A DNA stretch of 64,000 nt from NCBI RefSeq assembly GCF_965641715.1, contig NZ_OZ282453.1; one strand, written 5' to 3'. The stretch is from Escherichia coli. Its GTDB lineage: Bacteria > Pseudomonadota > Gammaproteobacteria > Enterobacterales > Enterobacteriaceae. Every line of letters begins with the position of its first letter. The first letter of the stretch is position 1. Shown here in pieces: positions 56,513 through 64,000 of this stretch. The position numbers were made by a program, and so were the translations under genes. The notes under the pieces are model-generated. The model did not search any database. It worked only from the letters and a program-made list of their open reading frames with translations, and was not told the origin of the DNA.

Positions 56513-57067
56513 ATGAATAAAAAATTAATGTATATATTCGCAATTTTTATAGTTGCAGCAATTACCTGTATTAGCCAACCCAAGAAAACGACGTTGCGTG
56601 ATAAAGCCATGGTGAATTATGCCTTTGATTATTTAAGCTCACCGGGCAGTCTTCCATTCACCACGGCAGCCACGGAGCTTTCCGCGATTCATGGTCACTC
56701 AACGTCGCAATATCGCCTTGGAGAATTTTATCTTCATGGTAGCGACGGTAAACCACTGGATTATACACAGGCGAGATACTGGTATGAGCAATCAGCGGAA
56801 CAGGAAAATCCACGCGCGCAAAGTAAACTGGGGTGGATCTACCTCAAAGGTCTGGGGGTCAAACCCGACACCCGTAAAGCAATTCTCTGGTATAAGGAAG
56901 CAGCTGAACAAGGGTATGCTCATGCTCAATATACTTTAGGTTTGATCTACAGAAATGGCTCAGGTATTAATGTTAACCATTATGAATCTCAAAAATGGTT
57001 AAAACTGGCCGCCAAACAACATTACAAAAATGCGGAAAGATTACTTGCCGGGCTTCCCGCACATTAA
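56513..57067 (+). CDS. ybeT: Sel1-repeat protein with N-terminal signal/anchor (184 aa)
   Basis: Repeated Sel1/TPR-like units ([18 protein letters not shown] etc.). Confidence 0.88.
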
Positions 57068-57076
57068 CGTCGACTG

Positions 57077-58504
57077 TCACCCGAACAGATGGAGTATTTT
57101 CCCTATCAAACCAGCAAAGATAAAAATATAGAAAATAATTTTAATGATGCCCAGACAGCCTGGCCCACCATCGTCAACGGGCATTGGCTGCGGTTGCGGC
57201 TCCGGTTCAACAGTTTGCTTCTCGGTAAAATTCGCCGCCTGAATTAATAATCGACGAATAATTAATGCTTCCAGTGGACAACGATCTTCTGCATCAAGAC
57301 GGCTTACAATCGGCATTAATGATTCTTCTGTAGGTTGGCTGGCCTGCACTAATTGTTTGGCAACTAGATATAATGGCCATAAGGTATGTTCTGTATCACG
57401 CTTGAGTGAGATCCGCGGCTTACGTCCTTTGTGCAAAACCATCTCGACCAGTGAACGCCCCAGAGCAGAGAGTTTTTCATCGCTGAGTATTTCGTATAAA
57501 TGAAAACGCGTACGGGCGCTGTCGCCGGGGATATAAAGTAGCGGTTTTCCCTGATCGTTAACCAGTTCGCGAGCTTCAATCATCATCACCACTAATGGGT
57601 AATAATCGACTCGATGCTGACGGCACCATTGCAACATTAAAGCATCCGCCTGAGTGGAGGGATACTCGTGCCAGTAGTCACAAAGTTCTGCCAGCAGGCT
57701 TTCGCCTTCTCCACAATAGACGCGTTGCGCGTATTCATAATAACGCGCATCTTCATTATCAGGTTCAGCTTCCCGCCACGACCGGGCGTAATCCAGGAGT
57801 TCGGGAATTCCCAGGCGACCTGCGCTATACCAGCGGAGTAAATTTCTGTGCAGTTTTGCATCATCGGGGATAATCACTGCGCGATGTTGCGCTAAATACA
57901 ATGTCAGCCATTCTGGATGCGATGACCAAATCCGAGCGAACATTTGGTAAAAATCGATGGTGTCATTTTGCACGGCAACGGGCAGATGCAGAATGGTCTG
58001 GAAGTTAAAAACATTCCCCTTCGCAATGGCATATAAAAAGGATTCCAGTTCTTCTTCGTCTATTTCCCCGACGTTTTCCTCCTGCAACCACCGCAATCTT
58101 TCTGCTAATAACACCACGCACTCGAAGGATAAATGGGCAGTGTTCATGGCGATTGTGCACAGCGACCAGCGTAATTCATCAATCTCTTCCATCGAGCAAT
58201 AATTTAATTGCTGAATGAATCGCTGCCAGGCGGAGGGCAGAAAACGTTCGCTATCAGAGGCAAGTAACGCACGAAAGGCGAGCAGAATTTCATGTTCTGC
58301 TACCTCATATTCTTCTGGTTGCCAAACAGATTTAGCAGGCGACTGCGCAATCCGTAGCGCCTCCTCATACGCCTGACGAAGTTGTTTAAAACCCTGCGGA
58401 TCGGTTTCTGGATGAAAGGACGGTAACAGCGCCAGATAAGCGCGGCGGATAATATCGACGTCAGTCGTTTCCTCTATGTTGAGGATCTTCCAGCAATTTT
58501 TCAT
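57077..58504 (-). CDS. djlB: J-domain-like co-chaperone of HscC, tail-anchored (475 aa), paralog of DjlC
   Basis: N-terminus [50 protein letters not shown]; C-terminal hydrophobic tail. Confidence 0.9.
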   Translation of the reverse strand: MKNCWKILNIEETTDVDIIRRAYLALLPSFHPETDPQGFKQLRQAYEEALRIAQSPAKSVWQPEEYEVAEHEILLAFRALLASDSERFLPSAWQRFIQQLNYCSMEEIDELRWSLCTIAMNTAHLSFECVVLLAERLRWLQEENVGEIDEEELESFLYAIAKGNVFNFQTILHLPVAVQNDTIDFYQMFARIWSSHPEWLTLYLAQHRAVIIPDDAKLHRNLLRWYSAGRLGIPELLDYARSWREAEPDNEDARYYEYAQRVYCGEGESLLAELCDYWHEYPSTQADALMLQWCRQHRVDYYPLVVMMIEARELVNDQGKPLLYIPGDSARTRFHLYEILSDEKLSALGRSLVEMVLHKGRKPRISLKRDTEHTLWPLYLVAKQLVQASQPTEESLMPIVSRLDAEDRCPLEALIIRRLLIQAANFTEKQTVEPEPQPQPMPVDDGGPGCLGIIKIIFYIFIFAGLIGKILHLFG

Positions 58505-59208
58505 AGGTCGCTCATATCCTTAAGCGTTTCCGGGCATGTGGGGTAGTCAGCCAGTGGTTGCCAGGGTAAGGTCGCGTAATATGCATCGTCACTGGCAAAT
58601 AATTGATAAAACATATCATTGCCGGAATCGTCGTATTCTTTACGCGCTAAGAATTCACGTAATAAAGGCAGATTATCATCTTCGGGAGACTGCCAATATT
58701 GCCGACCAAAGGTATAACCGGCAAAGTATTGCCGCCAGTTACTATAATAACGTAGAGCCCGTAGATGAATACGCGACTGGATCCATAGACTTTCTTCTTC
58801 ACTCAACCAGTTATTAAGTACGCCCATTCGACTTAAAAAACCCATCCGGACATAATCCCATGCTTTAATTCCTCCCTCACCACAGCATTCGGCTGTGCTG
58901 GCGACAAATTGCGCATAAGCCTGACCTTGCTCATTTAATTCAGCAAGATAGTCACGCCATTCACATGGAGAATAACGAAACCAGCGGTGATAAAACCCTG
59001 CCAACCGCGCGGCATGACCGTTATCGATCATTCGGTGAATTGTGCGCAGCAGGTCATCACGGTCATCAATTCCCCAGGAGGAAGAAAGGTCAAAAAAGCG
59101 TGTACCTAAATACATTTTGGGTGATGAATGCGAAGGTAAACAGCATTCATTGCGTATTTCCATCGGAGTGGAAAGTGCAAACAATATTTTTTTCGACTCC
59201 ATGTCCAT
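58501..59208 (-). CDS. ybeR: DUF1266 protein (235 aa), paralog of YbeU
   Basis: 4-nt overlap with djlB. Confidence 0.88.
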   Translation of the reverse strand: MDMESKKILFALSTPMEIRNECCLPSHSSPKMYLGTRFFDLSSSWGIDDRDDLLRTIHRMIDNGHAARLAGFYHRWFRYSPCEWRDYLAELNEQGQAYAQFVASTAECCGEGGIKAWDYVRMGFLSRMGVLNNWLSEEESLWIQSRIHLRALRYYSNWRQYFAGYTFGRQYWQSPEDDNLPLLREFLARKEYDDSGNDMFYQLFASDDAYYATLPWQPLADYPTCPETLKDMSDL

Positions 59209-59365
59209 ATAATTTATCCTTAAACATTCATTTAATGAATGTAAACTACATTACGAGGCTCATTTATTTATACTTTTCTGACACAACATAATACGCATAA
59301 AATAAGACTTACGCAAAAACGGAACACATAAAAATATAATATGTTTTATCTGCAACCATAAGGAA

Positions 59366-60349
59366 ATGATAATGATTTTTACGTCAAGTTGCTGCGATAA
59401 TTTGTCAATAGATGAGATTATCGAACGTGCTGAACAAGGCGATAGTGAGGCTCAATATATTGTTGGGTTTTATTATAATCGCGATAGCGCAATTGACTCT
59501 CCGGACGACGAAAAGGCCTTTTACTGGCTGAAGCTGGCCGCTGAGCAAGGTCATTGTGAAGCACAGTATTCCTTAGGGCAAAAGTATACCGAGGATAAAA
59601 GCCGTCATAAAGATAATGAGCAAGCCATCTTCTGGCTGAAAAAAGCTGCCCTACAAGGCCATACTTTCGCTTCCAACGCCCTTGGCTGGATACTGGATCG
59701 TGGAGAAGACCCCAACTATAAAGAAGCGGTTGCCTGGTATCAGATAGCCGCGGAGAGCGGAATGTCTTATGCGCAAAATAATCTTGGGTGGATGTACAGA
59801 AATGGCAACGGAGTCGCACAAGACTATACGCTGGCATTTTTCTGGTACAAACAAGCTGCATTACAAGGCCATAGTGACGCGCAAAACAATCTGGCCGATC
59901 TTTATGAAGACGGAAAAGGCGTTGCTCAAAACAAGACACTCGCCGCATTCTGGTATTTGAAAAGCGCACAGCAGGGTAATCGGCATGCTCAGTTTCAAAT
60001 TGCATGGGATTATAACGCTGGCGAAGGGGTGGACCAGGACTATAAGCAAGCGATGTACTGGTATCTGAAGGCTGCCGCTCAGGGGAGCGTCGGCGCTTAC
60101 GTCAACATCGGTTATATGTATAAACACGGACAAGGCGTTGAGAAAGATTATCAGGTTGCCTTTGAATGGTTTACGAAAGCCGCTGAATGCAATGACGCCA
60201 CTGCCTGGTATAACCTGGCCATTATGTATCACTACGGAGAAGGAAGACCTGTCGATCTCCGACAGGCTCTCGACCTGTATCGTAAAGTTCAGTCATCCGG
60301 AACCAGAGATGTCAGTCAGGAAATTCGTGAGACTGAAGATTTACTGTAG
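59366..60349 (+). CDS. ybeQ: Sel1-repeat protein (about 325-327 aa; start may be 2 codons downstream)
   Basis: Seven or more Sel1-like repeats (AQYxLGxxYxxGxGVxxD). Confidence 0.85.
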   Translation: MIMIFTSSCCDNLSIDEIIERAEQGDSEAQYIVGFYYNRDSAIDSPDDEKAFYWLKLAAEQGHCEAQYSLGQKYTEDKSRHKDNEQAIFWLKKAALQGHTFASNALGWILDRGEDPNYKEAVAWYQIAAESGMSYAQNNLGWMYRNGNGVAQDYTLAFFWYKQAALQGHSDAQNNLADLYEDGKGVAQNKTLAAFWYLKSAQQGNRHAQFQIAWDYNAGEGVDQDYKQAMYWYLKAAAQGSVGAYVNIGYMYKHGQGVEKDYQVAFEWFTKAAECNDATAWYNLAIMYHYGEGRPVDLRQALDLYRKVQSSGTRDVSQEIRETEDLL

Positions 60350-60359
60350 AGATAAAAAC

Positions 60360-60390
60360 AAGGGCCGGGGAATTTCATTCGGCCCATATT
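60360..60390. terminator. bidirectional hairpin between convergent ybeQ and ybeL
   Basis: gggccggggaatttcattcggccc. Confidence 0.5.
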
Positions 60391-60418
60391 CTCTTTATCG
60401 CCGTGCAAAATCAGACTA

Positions 60419-60901
60419 TTACGGCTCGAACGGGCGTCTCTGGAACTGATCATGACCACATTTCGGGCATAGCGTCAGCACTTCCGGTGTGTAGATCGGG
60501 AGATGGAAGTGACATTTCTCGCAGACCAGATTTCCCAGCCCGACCACTTCTCCGCTGTGATAAACCCCATGATGATTGAGGTCCTGGAAAACTTCGCGCC
60601 ATTCAAGCTGCGTTTTATCGGTGATGTCTGCCAGCTCCTGCCACAAGCTTTCTTTAATCACCCGCATAAAGACGCTGTCAGATTCTTCTTTCAGGCTCTC
60701 TTCATAGCTCATGGCGAACTCTTCCAGGTCACGTCTGACAGCTCGCGTCAGCTCATCGACCTCGGTTCGCGTTAACTCCCCTGTTTTTATTACGCGCTCG
60801 CGCGCCTGTTCCACCAGTGCGTCGATATCACGTTCGCCATTGCGCAGGCGTTCGCTCAGTGACGCAACCAGTTCACGGTAATATTGAGCAACCTTGTTCA
60901 T
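60419..60901 (-). CDS. ybeL: DUF1451 zinc-ribbon protein YbeL (160 aa)
   Basis: C-terminal CxxC...CxxC (CEKCHF...CPKCGH). Confidence 0.88.
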   Translation of the reverse strand: MNKVAQYYRELVASLSERLRNGERDIDALVEQARERVIKTGELTRTEVDELTRAVRRDLEEFAMSYEESLKEESDSVFMRVIKESLWQELADITDKTQLEWREVFQDLNHHGVYHSGEVVGLGNLVCEKCHFHLPIYTPEVLTLCPKCGHDQFQRRPFEP

Positions 60902-61136
60902 CGTTTCATCTCCCGGGTCGTTAACTGACTATAATAATAGACGTTCTTTGTTCCTTGCTTTGCTAATACGCCCACAAACTCTGTAAATTAATGTATGAAT
61001 AATCCGGGCATCATTTCAACGTCGAGTGCGCGAAAGGCTGTTTTGACGCGGACGTTTGGGCTATGCTATGCGGATCTGAAAAACCACCTCTAACGCTACT
61101 TTTGTAGCCGTAATGAAAACAGGACCACTGGCTGCC

Positions 61137-63719
61137 ATGCAAGAGCAATACCGCCCGGAAGAGATAGAATCCAAAGTACAGCTTCATTGGGATGAGAAGC
61201 GCACATTTGAAGTAACCGAAGACGAGAGCAAAGAGAAGTATTACTGCCTGTCTATGCTTCCCTATCCTTCTGGTCGACTACACATGGGCCACGTACGTAA
61301 CTACACCATCGGTGACGTGATCGCCCGTTACCAGCGCATGCTGGGCAAAAACGTTCTGCAGCCGATCGGCTGGGACGCGTTTGGTCTGCCTGCGGAAGGC
61401 GCGGCGGTGAAAAACAACACCGCTCCGGCACCGTGGACGTACGACAACATCGCGTATATGAAAAACCAGCTCAAAATGCTGGGCTTTGGTTATGACTGGA
61501 GCCGCGAGCTGGCAACCTGTACGCCGGAATACTACCGTTGGGAACAGAAATTCTTCACCGAGCTGTATAAAAAAGGCCTGGTATATAAGAAGACTTCTGC
61601 GGTCAACTGGTGCCCGAACGACCAGACCGTACTGGCGAACGAACAAGTTATCGACGGCTGCTGCTGGCGCTGCGATACCAAAGTTGAACGTAAAGAGATC
61701 CCGCAGTGGTTTATCAAAATCACTGCTTACGCTGACGAGCTGCTCAACGATCTGGATAAACTGGATCACTGGCCAGACACCGTTAAAACCATGCAGCGTA
61801 ACTGGATCGGTCGTTCCGAAGGCGTGGAAATCACCTTCAACGTTAACGACTATGACAACACGCTGACCGTTTACACTACCCGCCCGGACACCTTTATGGG
61901 TTGTACCTACCTGGCGGTAGCTGCGGGTCATCCGCTGGCGCAGAAAGCGGCGGAAAATAATCCTGAACTGGCGGCCTTTATTGACGAATGCCGTAACACC
62001 AAAGTTGCCGAAGCTGAAATGGCGACGATGGAGAAAAAAGGCGTCGATACTGGCTTTAAAGCGGTTCACCCATTAACGGGCGAAGAAATTCCCGTTTGGG
62101 CAGCAAACTTCGTATTGATGGAGTACGGCACGGGCGCAGTTATGGCGGTACCGGGGCACGACCAGCGCGACTACGAGTTTGCCTCTAAATACGGCCTGAA
62201 CATCAAACCGGTTATCCTGGCAGCTGACGGCTCTGAGCCAGATCTTTCTCAGCAAGCCCTGACTGAAAAAGGCGTGCTGTTCAACTCTGGCGAGTTCAAC
62301 GGTCTTGACCATGAAGCGGCCTTCAACGCCATCGCCGATAAACTGACTGCGATGGGCGTTGGCGAGCGTAAAGTGAACTACCGCCTGCGCGACTGGGGTG
62401 TTTCCCGTCAGCGTTACTGGGGCGCGCCGATTCCGATGGTGACGCTGGAAGACGGTACCGTAATGCCGACCCCGGACGACCAGCTGCCGGTGATCCTGCC
62501 GGAAGATGTGGTGATGGACGGTATTACCAGCCCGATTAAAGCAGATCCGGAGTGGGCAAAAACTACCGTTAACGGTATGCCAGCGCTGCGTGAAACCGAC
62601 ACTTTCGACACCTTTATGGAGTCCTCCTGGTACTATGCGCGCTACACTTGCCCAGAGTACAAAGAAGGTATGCTGGATTCCGAAGCGGCTAACTACTGGC
62701 TGCCGGTGGATATCTACATTGGTGGTATTGAACACGCCATTATGCACCTGCTCTACTTCCGCTTCTTCCACAAACTGATGCGTGATGCAGGCATGGTGAA
62801 CTCTGACGAACCAGCGAAACAGTTGCTGTGTCAGGGTATGGTGCTGGCAGATGCCTTCTACTATGTTGGCGAAAACGGCGAACGTAACTGGGTTTCCCCG
62901 GTTGATGCTATCGTTGAACGTGACGAGAAAGGCCGTATCGTGAAAGCGAAAGATGCGGCAGGCCATGAACTGGTTTATACCGGCATGAGCAAAATGTCCA
63001 AGTCGAAGAACAACGGTATCGACCCGCAGGTGATGGTTGAACGTTACGGCGCGGACACCGTTCGTCTGTTTATGATGTTTGCTTCTCCGGCTGATATGAC
63101 TCTCGAATGGCAGGAATCCGGTGTGGAAGGGGCTAACCGCTTCCTGAAACGTGTCTGGAAACTGGTTTACGAGCACACAGCGAAAGGTGATGTTGCGGCA
63201 CTGAACGTTGATGCGCTGACTGAAGATCAGAAAGCGCTGCGTCGCGATGTGCATAAAACGATCGCTAAAGTGACCGATGATATCGGCCGTCGTCAGACCT
63301 TCAACACCGCAATTGCGGCGATTATGGAGCTGATGAACAAACTGGCGAAAGCACCGACCGATGGCGAGCAGGATCGCGCTCTGATGCAGGAAGCGCTGCT
63401 GGCCGTTGTCCGTATGCTTAACCCGTTCACCCCGCACATCTGCTTCACGCTGTGGCAGGAACTGAAAGGCGAAGGCGATATCGACAACGCGCCGTGGCCG
63501 GTTGCTGACGAAAAAGCGATGGTGGAAGACTCCACGCTGGTCGTGGTGCAGGTTAACGGTAAAGTCCGTGCCAAAATCACCGTTCCGGTGGACGCAACGG
63601 AAGAACAGGTTCGCGAACGTGCTGGCCAGGAACATCTGGTAGCAAAATATCTTGATGGCGTTACTGTACGTAAAGTGATTTACGTACCAGGTAAACTCCT
63701 CAATCTGGTCGTTGGCTAA
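61137..63719 (+). CDS. leuS: leucyl-tRNA synthetase (860 aa)
   Basis: Starts [15 protein letters not shown]; class I HIGH (HMGH) and KMSKS motifs; the track ORF (61113) has an 8-codon extension. Confidence 0.96.
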
Positions 63720-63733
63720 GCGCGGGAGGAAGC

Positions 63734-64000
63734 GTGCGATATCTGGCAACATTGTTGTTATCTCTGGCGGTGTTAATCACCGCCGGGTGTGGCTGGCATC
63801 TGCGTGATACCACGCAGGTTCCTTCCACTATGAAGGTCATGATCCTGGACTCAGGTGATCCGAACGGGCCATTAAGCCGTGCGGTGCGTAACCAGTTACG
63901 TCTGAATGGTGTCGAGTTGCTTGATAAAGAAACCACGCGTAAGGACGTTCCATCCCTGCGTTTGGGTAAAGTGAGCATCGCGAAAGATACCGCATCGGTA
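63734..64000 (+). CDS. lptE: LPS-assembly lipoprotein LptE, 5' partial (GTG start, runs off the window)
   Basis: GTG 15 nt after the leuS stop gives (M)[22 protein letters not shown] with lipobox ITAGC. Confidence 0.8.
   Translation, partial: MRYLATLLLSLAVLITAGCGWHLRDTTQVPSTMKVMILDSGDPNGPLSRAVRNQLRLNGVELLDKETTRKDVPSLRLGKVSIAKDTASV

Noticed and set aside
62073-63752. 559-aa ORF on the minus strand, antisense to leuS (also 61278-62069, 263 aa)
   Set aside because: Lies entirely inside the highly conserved leuS coding region on the opposite strand; Arg/His/Gln-rich low-complexity translation typical of antisense read-through in GC-rich genes; no RBS or family resemblance.

Overview
This window reads as an enterobacterial (Escherichia coli-type) chromosomal segment, collinear with the K-12 map region around kdp-fur-glnS-nag-leuS but in the opposite orientation to the K-12 coordinate system. 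Recognised backbone genes in order: dtpD, phr, ybgA, ybfA, kdpFABCDE, ybfP, pgm, seqA, ybfF, ybfE, fldA-uof-fur, chiQ-chiP, glnS, [island], nagE, nagBACD, asnB, a seven-tRNA operon (metT-leuW-glnU-glnW-metU-glnV-glnX), ubiF, miaB-ybeZ-ybeY-corC-lnt, gltI-(sroC)-gltJKL, rihA, hscC, djlC-ybeU, ybeT, djlB-ybeR, ybeQ, ybeL, leuS and the start of lptE. The main finding is a roughly 9.2 kb accessory island (about 22300-31330) between glnS and nagE, which I recall as adjacent in K-12. It carries nine genes in two divergent operons: a DeoR regulator, PdxA-like dehydrogenase and DUF1537 acid-sugar kinase on one side; an Fe-alcohol dehydrogenase, NanA/DapA-like lyase, TerC-family membrane protein, cytoplasmic BNR sialidase-like protein, YhcH-like protein and anion permease on the other. 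I infer a cryptic acid-sugar (possibly ulosonic/sialic-acid-like) catabolic system; the substrate is unknown. Relative to my memory of K-12 the window also lacks rhsC (between ybfA and ybgA) and speF-potE (between kdpE and ybfP), where a duplicated kdpE 3' end plus REP element remains. No CRISPR array, rRNA, integrase or transposase was seen. All comparisons to K-12 are from memory and need alignment to confirm. Coordinates of RNA and regulatory features are hand-counted and may be off by 1-2 nt.
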